Origin: Octopus bimaculoides
Lineage: Eukaryota
Assembly: GCF_001194135.2 (NCBI RefSeq)
Contig: NC_069002.1
Coordinates: 2,484,960 to 2,548,959, forward strand
Length of the DNA: 64,000 bases
Reading direction: 5' to 3'
In this document: in pieces, positions 1 through 12,810 of the stretch
Position numbering within the stretch: the first letter of the stretch is position 1
Layout: the number at the start of each line of letters is the position of its first letter
The notes under the pieces: generated by a model
The model's database searches: none
What the model saw: only the letters and a program-made list of their open reading frames with translations
What the model was told of the DNA's origin: nothing
Program-made: the position numbers and the translations under genes

Positions 1-360
1 ATATATATATATATATATATATATATACACGTACATATATATACATATAAATATATGTATATATATCACTCATATGTGTGTGTGCGTGTGTATGTATGTG
101 TATGCATGTCTACATGTATTTCTTAACACTCTCGTTTTGAAATTTATATATTTATTTATTAATAACATAACCTTAATTCATTCTTGCTTGCATGCTGTCC
201 TAAAGTACTCTTAACTATTTGTTACTTACCAATGTTAACAATATTAGGGAATTTGCATTTTATTCTCAGTTTGCCTCTGGTTGTTTGCTTATTAGTGACA
301 TTGTACGACTTGATAAAAAGAAAATTGAAATTGCACTAAAATTACAATATGATAACAGTA

Positions 361-611
361 AAGGTTGTGTCTATAATAATTGGTGCATTGGGAACTGCAA
401 GGAAAATATAGACAAGTGGATGAAGGAGATTGGAACAGATTGTCCTGGAGAACTTTTACTGAAAGTTTGCCTCCTAGGAACGGGAAAGATTATCAAGTGT
501 GTCTTAAGCACTTGAATGAATATTGAAAGATTGCAGATACCTAAGGTTACAGATAGTAACCCGGTACCCACATAAGTCCCACAAGGAATAAGACTGAACC
601 TGAGTTAAATC

Positions 612-655
<44 letters not shown>
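361..655 (+). mobile_element. 3' end of a Dong/R4-like (RLE-clade) non-LTR retrotransposon, ending in an (AAT)n tail
   Basis: Reads KVVSIIIGALGT, then after a frameshift KWMKEIGTDCPGELLLKVCLLGTGKIIKCVLST*. This is the typical C-terminus after the restriction-like endonuclease (GALG...LLQK..LLGT..I). A short 3' UTR then runs into (AAT)n at about 611. Confidence 0.8.
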
Positions 656-658
<3 letters not shown>

Positions 659-692
659 TAACAATAGCAACAGCAACAACAATAATAATAAG
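611..692. repeat. (AAT)n/(AAC)n microsatellite
   Basis: Direct inspection. Confidence 0.95.
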
Positions 693-1509
693 AAGAATGG
701 AATTCTTCTTTACCATAAAGTCTGAGGTTATTATTATTATACCACCATACGCATGCTCATACACACATGACAATAAGGAGTTCTGTGTAGCTTCCTTCTT
801 TTTTATAGTCCAGACTTTTACGGTGACAGCTACAGTGTACACACTTGCAGACGTACCACATAATTCTGAAGTTTGGTCTTTGTTCATTGATTAGTAAGAA
901 TAACAAGTCGTGAGCCAAGGAAACTTTCAAATGTCAACATTGACAGTTTGTGGGAATGGTCAAGCTGGATAAATCAATGCAGTATTTGATGGCTCTTCCA
1001 CTGTTGGCCTCTTACGAAAACATTACACGAAGCATTACTCCTTACTCTGTAGTTCTATATGCACTATTATTTTACCCGTTCGTCCTCAAAAGCTAATCAG
1101 CTTTTTGCCTTTTCGTCTTCTCTCCCTACACCAAATCGCATGTCTCTCTTTATTTTCCATCCCTCTCTTTTCTTTCTCTCTCTCTCTCTCGCTCATTTTG
1201 TCTTTCTCTCGCAGTCTATTGCTTATATTATTGCTTTGCCACTCAGCGTTCCTGGAATAAAGTTGCAGATGAAAACGACAGATGCAAACGAAAATACTAA
1301 ACATCAAATCTTATAAGTTTATGTAAAAAGCAGTTGCATTCTTCGACAGAGATAAAACCTCTGTGTGTGTGTGTGTGTGCGGGCGTGCGTGCGTGCGTGG
1401 TTGTCCAAACAACAGCAGCCATGAATTTATACGTAGACACACATAAACACTCACTCACACAAACACACACCCAAACACATATATTTATATATACAATGAA
1501 GGTGAGAAA

Positions 1510-1511
1510 GC

Positions 1512-1605
<94 letters not shown>

Positions 1606-1615
1606 CAGAGAGAGG
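1510..1615. repeat. (AG)n + (ACAG)n microsatellite
   Basis: Direct inspection. Confidence 0.95.
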
Positions 1616-1754
1616 AGGTAGTGTGCGTTTCACAGAAGATGACAGACTGATAGGCGACAGAAGACAAGCGGCGGACAAAGAATGAAACGATAAGTCCAGC
1701 CCGCACCTTCCTTTTTCTCAGTATGAGGAGTTTATGGCCAATTTTAATGAAATA

Positions 1755-2146
1755 AAGAAGCTCGCTTCCCAACCACATGGGTCCAGGTTCAGCCCCACTG
1801 AATCACCCCCCTTGTGTCAGTGTCTTCTACTATAGCTTCGAGCCAACTCTAGCCTTGTAAGTGGTTTTGGTAGACAAGAATTGAAAAAAGACTGTTGTAT
1901 ATGCGTGTGTGTGTATTTGCATATATTTGAGCGTCCGTCTGTGTATGATCGTCCTCCGCAATATAGCTTGACAACCGGTGTTGGTATGTTCACATCCCAT
2001 CAACCTAGCGGTCCGGCATGAAGAACGATAGAATAACTACTAGGCTACACAAAGAATAAGTCCTGGTGTCGATTTCTTCGACCAAGGATGATGCACCAGC
2101 ATGGCTACACTCAAATGACTGAAAGAAGTAAAACAATAAAAGAAAG
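1755..2146 (+). mobile_element. tRNA-derived SINE, family A, near full length with internal (GT)n
   Basis: Head gctcgcttcccaaccacatgg..ggttcag, body gcttgacaaccggtgttggt, tail cagcatggc..caaatgactgaaagaagtaaaa. The same blocks recur at 8.4, 14.3, 16.3, 35.9 and 47.1 kb. Confidence 0.85.
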
Positions 2147-2199
2147 TATATACATATATATATATATATTTCATTTAGCGTCGACGTGATATACACAAA

Positions 2200-2310
2200 A
2201 GAGGTTGTCCGACACCTTGCTATTGAAGAAGTCACTTCCTATTGGGACTGAACACGGAGCCGCCAAGTAGGGAACCGAGCATCATACCACAGAGCCACAG
2301 CTGAGCCTAT
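2200..2310 (-). mobile_element. SINE family A head, diverged
   Basis: Reverse complement ggctctgtggtatgatgctcggttccc..gtgttcagtccca aligns to the family A head. Confidence 0.65.
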
Positions 2311-2390
2311 ATAGAAATAGTTACGAACAAACACATGCACATAAATAAATTAACATACAGACAGACAGACACATACACACATACATGCAT

Positions 2391-2425
<35 letters not shown>

Positions 2426-3292
2426 NNNNNNNNNNNNNNNNNNNNNNNNNNNNNNNNNNNNNNNNNNNNNNNNNNNNNNNNNNNNNNNNNNNNNNNNNNN
2501 NNNNNNNNNNNNNNNNNNNNNNNNNNNNNNNNNNNNNNNNNNNNNNNNNNNNNNNNNNNNNNNNNNNNNNNNNNNNNNNNNNNNNNNNNNNNNNNNNNNN
2601 NNNNNNNNNNNNNNNNNNNNNNNNNNNNNNNNNNNNNNNNNNNNNNNNNNNNNNNNNNNNNNNNNNNNNNNNNNNNNNNNNNNNNNNNNNNNNNNNNNNN
2701 NNNNNNNNNNNNNNNNNNNNNNNNNNNNNNNNNNNNNNNNNNNNNNNNNNNNNNNNNNNNNNNNNNNNNNNNNNNNNNNNNNNNNNNNNNNNNNNNNNNN
2801 NNNNNNNNNNNNNNNNNNNNNNNNNNNNNNNNNNNNNNNNNNNNNNNNNNNNNNNNNNNNNNNNNNNNNNNNNNNNNNNNNNNNNNNNNNNNNNNNNNNN
2901 NNNNNNNNNNNNNNNNNNNNNNNNNNNNNNNNNNNNNNNNNNNNNNNNNNNNNNNNNNNNNNNNNNNNNNNNNNNNNNNNNNNNNNNNNNNNNNNNNNNN
3001 NNNNNNNNNNNNNNNNNNNNNNNNNNNNNNNNNNNNNNNNNNNNNNNNNNNNNNNNNNNNNNNNNNNNNNNNNNNNNNNNNNNNNNNNNNNNNNNNNNNN
3101 NNNNNNNNNNNNNNNNNNNNNNNNNNNNNNNNNNNNNNNNNNNNNNNNNNNNNNNNNNNNNNNNNNNNNNNNNNNNNNNNNNNNNNNNNNNNNNNNNNNN
3201 NNNNNNNNNNNNNNNNNNNNNNNNNNNNNNNNNNNNNNNNNNNNNNNNNNNNNNNNNNNNNNNNNNNNNNNNNNNNNNNNNNNNNNNNNNNN
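2426..3292. other. Assembly gap, the largest of 16 N-runs (others start at about 4714, 17495, 18561, 20428, 21977, 24919, 28535, 33269, 40330, 44341, 51481, 52963, 54497, 56258, 59668)
   Basis: N characters, nearly all flanked by (AT)n, (AC)n, (AG)n or (TAG)n arrays. Confidence 0.99.
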
Positions 3293-3339
<47 letters not shown>

Positions 3340-3537
3340 TATATCGAAGTTATATCTATGTGTATATACACGAATGTGTGCGTATATACACGTGTGTGTG
3401 TGTACGTACGATGAGTGTATATTATAGATAGATAAAAAAAACAGACATACAAACATAGATTCACATACATAAATATTTATATAATTTATATTTGGAGAAT
3501 ATACACCCAACACAAACTGAAGGTAAGTAGAGACAAT

Positions 3538-3578
<41 letters not shown>

Positions 3579-3817
3579 AGCCTCTGTGTATGTGTATGCA
3601 TATGTATGTTTGTATGTATCTGTGTATGTATGTATGTATGGAGCCATGGATAATGTACATTCCTGATTTACTACTTCAAAGAATTCACCTGACATCTTAC
3701 ATTAAGGAAACGGCCATTCCTACCGATGAATAATTGGGTGGTCTGTGATGAGTGCATTATGCATTATATGACATCTGATACCGTCTAACCCTAATAAAAA
3801 AGGTGTAGTCTGATTTA

Positions 3818-3935
<118 letters not shown>

Positions 3936-4022
3936 TAGTGTGTGCTGATAGAAAGGTAGGTTGATAGGTAGCTATGGGAAGAGAGAGGGAGAAAACATTC
4001 TATATCAGCTGTTATTCTCTAG

Positions 4023-4048
4023 CTATCTTTGTTTTCGTTTTCCTTATT
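4023..4048 (+). CDS. Candidate 26-nt micro-exon (LSLFSFSL)
   Basis: gttattctctAG | exon | GTAAGT, with an open hydrophobic frame. No transcript evidence. Confidence 0.25.
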
Positions 4049-4282
4049 GTAAGTCTGTTATACCCTCTCTCTGTCTCTTTCTTTCTCTCCCTCTCTCTCA
4101 CTCTCACTTACTCTTGAAACCAAGCTCTCACTTTTTCTCTTCCGGATGAACATACTTAAGCCTCTCCTTCTTCACCCAGCATCCATTTCCCCTCCACCGC
4201 CTCATTCTCTTCATCATCTCTGTTGACATTCTTTCGGATTTCTTCTACACTATCGTCTTTATCGTAGGCATTAGCGCTACCG

Positions 4283-4493
4283 TGATCGTAATCATCATCA
4301 TCATCATCATCATCATCGTCGTCGTCGTCGTCGTCATCATCATCATTATCATCATCATCATCATCATCATCCTCATCATCATCATCATCATTTTCCGATC
4401 TCTTTCATCTCGCTGTAAATTGGATTGGCAAGGATTGAATCCCAGATCGCTAGTAAACTTATCGAAATTTATTTGCACGTAGTAGTAGTAGTA

Positions 4494-4577
<84 letters not shown>

Positions 4578-4592
4578 ATAGCAGCAGCAGTA
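4283..4592. repeat. (ATC/GTC)n and (TAG)n trinucleotide arrays
   Basis: Direct inspection. These arrays are the source of the poly-I/V/M ORFs in the track. Confidence 0.95.
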
Positions 4593-4617
4593 GTGTCGGT
4601 CATTTCTAATTTATCAG

Positions 4618-4644
4618 GCTTATCAAAGCTATTCTTGCCCTCAA
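4618..4644 (+). CDS. Candidate 27-nt micro-exon (LIKAILAL)
   Basis: catttctaatttatcAG | exon | GTAAGT, in frame with 4023-4048. Confidence 0.25.
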
Positions 4645-4873
4645 GTAAGTGGATTTCTCTTTCCTTAGTACCATAGACATGTATGTGTGTGTGTGTGTAC
4701 GTATATATATATANNNNNNNNNNNNNNNNNNNNNNNNNNNNNNNNNNNNNNNNNNNNNNNNNNNNNNNNNNNNNNNNNNNNNNNNNNNNNNNNNNNNNNN
4801 NNNNNNNNNNNNNNNNNNNNNNNNNNNNNNNNNNNNNNNNNNNNNNNNNNNNNNNNNNNNNNNNNNNNNNNNN

Positions 4874-4917
<44 letters not shown>

Positions 4918-4949
4918 GTATACAAGTAGACAGATATTACATCTTAATG

Positions 4950-5470
4950 ACCCGGAACAACGAAGCCAATGTGATAAAAATGGAGTAGATCCAGAATGCC
5001 GATTCTAGAATGATGAGGTTGAAAATGTGGATCACCTAATCTTTGGGTGCAAATATTTAGCACCTATAGAGTATAAATCAAAGCATGACAGATTTGACTA
5101 ATATCCTCACTGGTTACTATGCCGGCATTATAGAATCAAAACTGTTGAGAAGTTGTATAATCACCATTCTGAGGAAGAAAATGTAACGATTCTTTGTGAC
5201 ATTCTAGTATATACTGATAAAAACTTCAAAGTTAATAAACCGGATATTGCATTGAAAGACCAAAACACTAAAGTATTGATCGACATGAGTATTCCTTGTT
5301 ATCATAATTTCTCAGCAAAGAATCTGACATGCTCAGAAAATATAAAAATTTGTTCATTGAAATCGAAAATATGTGGCATCTTAAGGCGGTTTCAGTACCA
5401 GAGACTGTAGCAGCACTTGGCATAATCAGAATGTAATCGAATATTATTTGGAAAGGATCCTTGGTTCATC
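4950..5470 (+). mobile_element. Decayed Dong/R4-like LINE ORF C-terminus (CCHC knuckle + PD-(D/E)xK endonuclease)
   Basis: Degenerate DPECRF*..ENVDHLIFGC..LAPIEYKSKHD, then NVTILCDILVYTDKNFKVNKPDIALKD..VLIDMSIP, then IENMWHLKAVSVP..VAALG, with frameshifts and stops. Confidence 0.85.
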
Positions 5471-5489
5471 CTTTGCCATTTATCATCCC

Positions 5490-5745
5490 GAGCTCGATAA
5501 AATCAGTACCATTTGAATACTGGATTCGATGTAATCGACATACATACTTCTCCGAAATTCCTGGCCTTGTGTGAAAATTTGAAACCAATATTAAGAGTCA
5601 GTATCTGTCTAAAAGGCTTAGTAGCATTTCCTCCGGCATCGCCATCAAAAATCAAATTCCACTGAGGTCGATGCTGCATTCCAGCTTTCGTGATCGGAAA
5701 AAACCCCATTTGAGCACTGGTATTGATGTAATCTGCTGGCCATAA
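5490..5745 (+). mobile_element. Two adjacent SINE family B fragments
   Basis: gataaaatcagtacc..gatgtaatcgac..ggccttgtg..aatttgaaaccaatatt, followed by aaattccactgaggtcga..gagcactgg..gatgtaatc. Confidence 0.7.
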
Positions 5746-6538
5746 GATATGTATCTTGCCGGTCTTTTATATATATAGCAGAAACAAATAACACGGTTCA
5801 GTGTTGAGGTGTTGAAATTGTGAAGTGACAGTTACCTTCCTTGCTTATATAAACTTATGTTTCTCAGTTTCCTTTTTTTTTAATTTTTTTTTTCTTTTTC
5901 GTAGACAAATTGAAAAATGCAAACGCATAGCAAAGACTAGCGTTGTTTCGAAACCCGAAAGTCGATATAATATATATCGACTTTCTGCTTCTTCCTTTAT
6001 GTATAACTTCAAGACGCATATATCACTACACATACTTCACAACACTCACAAACAATCCGACACAACAAATGTCTATATACATCGGAGTGTTTGAGTGAGT
6101 AGGAATGTGAGAGCATGTGTGTTTATGAGAGTTTTCAGACTCCATAAAGTTCTATATGTTTTCATGATTCCGCTCTCATCTGCCTCTACCGTCCACGCTG
6201 CCATCTCCCGGCCAGTAAGCATATTTCATTTCCCCACTCCTTTTACCAATTTACACACACTAATACCTTTTCTCTTTTTTCTTTTTTTTTTCTCAATTAT
6301 ACTCGAACTCCATCGGTTTGTGTGACTCATTATGAGATACATTTAATATCAATTTAATTTCGTTTTATCGTCTGAAATTTTAATCATAGGCAAAAATTGG
6401 AAGAGATAATACACCAAATATTCAAACCAATATAACGTGTGTTTATATGTTTGTATTAATGCATATAGTTTTGTATTAATCAGGCATAGACACATGTGTA
6501 CACACGCATTCTCTCCTCTCACACAGTAATTTACGCTC

Positions 6539-6567
6539 ATACATACATACATACATACATACATACA

Positions 6568-6643
<76 letters not shown>

Positions 6644-6695
6644 CATATCTATATAAGTATGTATATGTATACATGCATGTATATATATATATATA
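6539..6695. repeat. (ACAT)n/(AC)n/(AT)n compound microsatellite; a similar block lies at 7015-7250
   Basis: Direct inspection. Confidence 0.95.
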
Positions 6696-6777
6696 AACGT
6701 ACATATTTAAATATATTCATATATAGGCATGCGTCAGTTTACCTCTGAGACTATTTATATGTGAGTGTGTGTGTATG

Positions 6778-6808
<31 letters not shown>

Positions 6809-7020
6809 ATGCGTGGGTGCGTATGTTCATATGAATTGGTATTAATGAACACATGGATGTGTGAATGGCACAGCTATTAACATCATCGAAACCGCAACTA
6901 AAAATATTTCATCAAAGAATTTCTCTTATACTTTTTACCATTCTTGCCACCAACGCAACAATACATACATACATCCGTAGATACATGAATACATGCATAT
7001 ATACATAAAGACATAATTAT

Positions 7021-7092
<72 letters not shown>

Positions 7093-7285
7093 GTACATAC
7101 ATACATACATACATACATACTACCTGCGTACATAAATACATACACAGAGCTACATAATGCATACATACATACATACATGCATGCATACATACATACATAC
7201 ATACATACATACATACATGCATACATACCTACATACATACATACATACACACCGAGCAAGTGTTGATAAAAAAAAATTGTAATGT

Positions 7286-7359
7286 CGGAAGTGTAGCGTA
7301 ATAGAAAGAAGCTGACTGCAATGTGACTGAACGGAAAAAAAGCCTTTGGCCCCGCCCCC
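7286..7359. promoter_or_regulatory. ETS motif (CGGAAGTG, 7286-7293) and Sp/KLF GC box (GGCCCCGCCCCC, 7348-7359)
   Basis: Exact consensus matches inside an approximately 310-bp non-repetitive, relatively GC-rich island. Confidence 0.3.
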
Positions 7360-7555
7360 CATTCGTTCCAGGGAGCATAGTCAAAGTGCCAGATGACCTG
7401 ACACGGCGTGATTGTATTATCAATGATAACATTCAGTATCGTGGAAGTATATTCCGAGGGGAAAGCCTCTCTGTTTTTGTTCATAATTTCAGTAAACCCC
7501 CAGTCGTTTATATTGAAGAATTTAGAAGGGTATTTCATTGGATCACAAGGAGAGA

Positions 7556-7647
<92 letters not shown>

Positions 7648-8243
7648 GTATGTATAAACGTATACACGCATGCACACATGCATTGATAGATCATCACAAA
7701 TATTCATACGTGTTATGGGTTTCGAGTTTCGTCAAAACACCTTGTCAAGATCAAACAAAAACGGATGAACATGCTGCAGGCTCTGTCAAAAGCAATTTTA
7801 TAATTAATATAACTTAACATTTAATAACACATACTCACTAGTAAATAACCGGTTGTTTATTCTCAAAATTCATTTAGAAACATATATTCTTCATTCACAC
7901 TCACAAACGCATAAAGATCTATACGCGTCTGTACTTCTGTTCGCCCCTATGTCATGATGTTGACATCGTTTGTGAAACGGTGCTCCATGTTTATGACACA
8001 TACCTCCATTTTAGTGTGTCAACACATAAAAATCAATAAATCAATTTCATACAAATCAGAATTTTGAAATATATACATGAGATGATCGACTATAATCCAG
8101 TACGACTAAAAACAGGAGATTAATATAGGCATTCATACATGCATACATACATACATTCATACATAAATTTATACACATTCGAACGCGCACACACACATTT
8201 ATATCTATTTATCTATCAATTTCTCTTTCTCTCTCTCGCTCTG

Positions 8244-8284
<41 letters not shown>

Positions 8285-8351
8285 ACACACACACACACTC
8301 ACACACACACACACATGTATATATATATATATATATTTGTGTGTGCGTGCG

Positions 8352-8548
8352 TGTCCGCCGCCACCGCTTGACAAGCAGTGTTGAATTGTTTACGTCTCCG
8401 TGACCTATCACGTCGGCAAAAGAGAACGAAGACTAAGTTACGGGGTGTCACAATTGAAAACGCTTGATGTTGATTAAGTAGTCTAAAATGTCCAAGGCGG
8501 TGCCCCAGCAAGGCCGAACTTTAATGACTGAAACAAGTAAAGGAAAGT
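8352..8548 (+). mobile_element. SINE family A, 3' half
   Basis: ccaccgcttgacaagcagtgttg..aaggcggtgccccagca..aatgactgaaacaagtaaa. Confidence 0.75.
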
Positions 8549-8799
8549 AGGTAAACGTTCCGTTCACATGATAAAAGTTATACCATGAGAACTTAATATA
8601 AATATATCACAATTCTAACAACATCGTCGAAATATTTTATTAAATATTGGAAAATAGATTAACAACTCCGACTTTTTAACTGCAAACCCAATCAATAATC
8701 GAAACGAAACAGTCATTAATCATTTGTAAACTCTCAAATCTCGTGCGCATTTTTCATCTGGTACGCTTGTTTGTGGTTGTACATAATAGCGTTATAATA

Positions 8800-8950
8800 G
8801 CTTCTAATTTTGGCAGGTCTTAATGTTGAGGGCGTTGCTTAAGTACATCGCCCACCAGTACCAGGCTGATATTTATTTAATCAACGTCGAAAGGATGGAA
8901 AACAAATTTGACCTCGGAGAAATTTGAACTGAGAACAAAAGCCGCAAATA
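8800..8950 (-). mobile_element. SINE family B fragment
   Basis: Reverse complement contains gttctcagttcaaatttctccgaggtcaaatttg..catcctttcgacgttga. Confidence 0.65.
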
Positions 8951-9329
8951 GCCAATATACATAACGTTTACCAACACCAGGCAGAGGCAGGTGCCATTTT
9001 TTAACCGAGTAAACTTGAAAAGCGTGTAATTGGACGTGTTAATAATCAACACAATACAGCATGCGGTTCAGGAATCGGTCCCTCGGCCCTATGAACCTTA
9101 CCCAAATTCCTCAACAACGTAAACAGCGCTTTCCATAAAACATGGTAAGTATAAAACCACACCGCAAAACTTACAACATTCTTTAAAGGTGCCAATCACA
9201 AAATCTATTGCTCAAAGGATTATTTTACTGTCTCTTGAAATGCTGTAAATATCAACCAAATATATTTCAAATCACCTCCTTATCTCTTAAAAAGTAGAAA
9301 GAAATACTCGTAGCGTATTCTTATATTTA

Positions 9330-9535
9330 CTACCCAGAACGGACCAGATGGAAAATAACAGACACGAAGAGGCAGCGATCAGACATCGAAAACACGAAGA
9401 CAAGTCACTCCTCCTCGTCCCCCGGCTACTCTCCTTTGCGATAACTACCTCCAGCTCTTCTATACCGCCCTTGGTCTGAACAGCTACCTTTGGCACCGAG
9501 AGCCTTCTCACTCATGAGGAGGAAGTGGCTCAACC
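9330..9535 (+). mobile_element. RTE-like LINE 3' end (decayed)
   Basis: ERTRWK..KRGSD (frameshifted), then RRQVTPPRPPATLLCDNYLQLFYTALGLNSYLWHR. This resembles the C-x2-C...GL.SH.R.H C-terminus of RTE ORF2. Confidence 0.55.
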
Positions 9536-10194
9536 ATTTGCAGCAGAGGATAATAAATCGCAACTTCTACAAGCAACACTGTTATTTTCTGCGTTCAAAA
9601 ATGAAATTTTGTAATGAACACTGATCGAACCATGGGATACTTTCAATAATATTACAATCACTTTTGCCATAAGCTGGAGCAAATAATGTGAAACTCATGT
9701 GAAATTGTTTTACTTAGGTTGAGCGTCCGGGACATACTTTTCTCTGGTTCATCTTAGTTTTCCCTTATAGTTTCTCATATAGCAATCGTTTTTGAGGCTC
9801 AACAATATAGGGAGTTAATATACCTTTACGCTATACAATCGACAAATCGACAAATCGTGGGCATATACGGAATGGTTGCCTTAATTAATTATCAGAAAGT
9901 GATTTGATCACGGAAAATTTAAGACCATTATTATTCAAGTCACAATAGAATGAAAGGATATGTGAATCTTTGATAAAGCTATTTAGTCAATGGTGAATTG
10001 GACACGGTTAGCTATACTTCAAATGGTCGTCGTTCATACTAAGTCTCAGTTACAAGGACAATTGCAGCTTTGTCAGTTTTATGAACCGTGGGAATCTTTT
10101 ACTACAGAGTTTCCTTTGAAGAATTTCTAGAGATGATTTCCTAGGCTTTGAGTACCATTAGCAGCTCTTTGGTTATAGTTTAACTCTTAATATA

Positions 10195-10392
10195 TCGCTG
10201 TGGTTTACCACGCCAGAAAAATGTTTAGCGTTTCTTCCGATTTTACATTTTGAATTCAAATGCCGCCGAGAAAGACTTTAGCTTTAGTCGTTTTGCGGGC
10301 GATAAAATAAGCACCAGTTGAGCACCGGGATCGATAAAATCGACTTGGATAATCGCCAACAAGAGCTGACCTTGTGCCAAAATTTGAAATAA
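10195..10392 (+). mobile_element. SINE family B
   Basis: acgccagaaaaatgtttagc..ttcaaatgccgccgag..gataaaataagcaccagttgagcac..gaccttgtgccaaaatttgaaat. Confidence 0.8.
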
Positions 10393-11601
10393 CTCTATGT
10401 CTGTTTTGTTTTATCTGTTGCCGAAGTTATGTAACAAATCAGCAGCATGAGTTGATTAAAGCGCTGATTGAATATTAATACATTTTATCGAATTCGTAGA
10501 TTAGACAGATCGACCACGTCAGAATTTAAATGTTTTGGCCTCTAATTACTCGGAGACAAACAATTAAATGATACAATGCATTTAGAATGATTTTCTCCGA
10601 GTCTCCTATAGCTTTGACGCAAATTATTTGTATTATTAATATCTCCCATGTTTAGTCTAGTCTGCAAGTATATCGCTAGCAATAAATATCTGTGTGGCAT
10701 CCATGCTTCCCACCAGAATATTTGTAAGTTAGTTTAAGTGAAATACATTTAAAACATAGAATTGAGAACCGGCTTTCAGACTCCACTAACTGCTAGCTTG
10801 ATATATTATTCATAGCTCTCTTCATCAATTATCATTATATATAAATTTTATTATAGTTATGGATGCCAACCACAATGCAAATAATAAACTTTCATTGAGT
10901 CGAGTGTGCAATTGCCTCAACCCCAAATTTGTATGCTTAATCCCCTTAGGTTAAATAGTAACTTAATTAAGAAACCGTTTCCGCCATTTTCATGTAATTG
11001 TCTTTTCTTTCATAAAGAGAAACAAAATCTCCCTTGAGAATTATTAATGAAAGTAAAGATTCCCATCATAAAATTCAGTTACGTAATTTGTAGAGGCAAG
11101 GGACATTAGATTTAATCCAATCCAGGGGTTCAAGGGAATTCAAAGCCCGGATGAATAATAGACAAAATTGAGTTGTTTGGAGTTCAATACAGAAATAAAT
11201 GAGATGAAGTAAAAACCGGAGGAAGATTTTCATCCGAGTTTCAAATATTCTGATGTTTTCCACTATGAGACATTGAAAGTATGTTTCCGTAGCATAGACG
11301 AGTTTCATGATACAGCATCGTTAAATGAATCAACTCCGATATTTGAGTGTAATTGTTATATCAACTCCAGAAGAAAGAAGAGCAAAAGTAAAGCAGAACA
11401 GTATTTGAAACCAGAATCCAAGGAGATATAGCTGGAGATCAAAACATATGATTTCATAGGCTTCAGGGAATTTTATCTTCTACCAAGCTTAATGAAAATC
11501 ATTAAAAACTAAAACTAAGAAAATTACCTGAATGCAATCAATGCTGTTTTCGATACGTTAGACACTTGCGTTTTTGGAAAATTCGTTACAGCCATAACGG
11601 A

Positions 11602-11656
<55 letters not shown>

Positions 11657-12337
11657 GTTATTATATAGCTGTTCAATATTTGTTCTACTGCATCACCTGC
11701 TACACCTCCGTGTTGCTGGGGTGTGTGCAATCGGAGAGCACGTCCAACGATCAGTCGATGTGCTTTTCATAACACACTCAAATCACCGATGTAAGGAGAT
11801 TTTGAGATAGCACAGTAACTCGACCCTGCTATTTTTCCTTCCGTTTAAACTACCCCTGCCAAACGATGACTCTGATAAGACGAGCTCTTTTTAAAAGGAA
11901 TCAGTGAATAAATTATTTGCTTCTGCGTTTTGATGTCTGCTAAAATGACGAACAGCAAGAATCCAAACACGAAGAACAGTGAGACTCCAAAAAGTAACGT
12001 ATCTATTCATTCTTAATACAGTCTGACATATTCTAACCAGAATATGTGATCACTGCTCTTTTGAATGTACCAGAACGTATTAAAAATTAGTAGATACATA
12101 ATTATTTGGATTCTTTCTTTTTCTCATGAATTATTCCCTGTAAAAAACTTCGGTATTTTATTTAGAAATATTTGGTCGTCAATTTTGATTGCTACATCGA
12201 TGAAGAAGCATTTCTTTATTCTCGTTCTTATATTGTTAGGAAGGAGATTTCATAACAATATTGGTTCCGGTTGATAGGCTTGGTTTACTTGTCTCCGTTG
12301 ATTGAAATATGCAGCAATCAGACAATTCATTTTTCAG

Positions 12338-12360
12338 TTGGATATCCAGTTCCAATACTG
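12338..12360 (+). CDS. Candidate 23-nt micro-exon
   Basis: aattcatttttcAG | TTGGATATCCAGTTCCAATACTG | GTATGT. Confidence 0.25.
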
Positions 12361-12791
12361 GTATGTCTGTAGAGAAATTCTATGCTGGAAAGCACAGGAC
12401 GGCAAGTTAACTGTGTCTTACTAGGTTCTCTCCATGTTCTGCGGTTACTTAACTGATTGTTTCCTTGTCTGCTTTTGGTGGTTACAAATAAAAAGCATGA
12501 AATCCATTGCTGCAATCAAACACGCTTCAGAATCAGTTTTCCGTCCTGTGGCAGTCTGCCAAAGTCGCGAATGTTTGCATTTCCGATCCTAATCAATAAT
12601 ATTTAGGTATTGGCTATATAGACACTTACCATTGTTTTTAGCATTCCTTCTGAAACACCCTTTTTGTTTTAGATTAGATTTTACAATTTATACCATTTCA
12701 TTTGTTGATTCTCGATTCTTCACTCACTCCAGCCATTATCTTTTTTATGTTAGCTTTCTTGAAGACAGTAAATATTTTCTTTTTTTTATAG

Positions 12792-12810
12792 CTAACATCC
12801 TGTATTCACT
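12792..12810 (+). CDS. Candidate 19-nt micro-exon
   Basis: ttttcttttttttatAG | CTAACATCCTGTATTCACT | GTAAGT. Confidence 0.25.

Noticed and set aside
7323-7560. Resemblance of these translations to Helitron Rep, PTP or ENaC motifs
   Set aside because: Only 3-5 residue similarities; no diagnostic motif is complete.
9142-9150. aaaacATG|GTAAGT, resembling an ATG-only first exon
   Set aside because: It lies next to, and probably within, a decayed RTE relic, and no convincing phase-0 downstream exon was found. One GTAAGT per few kb is expected by chance.
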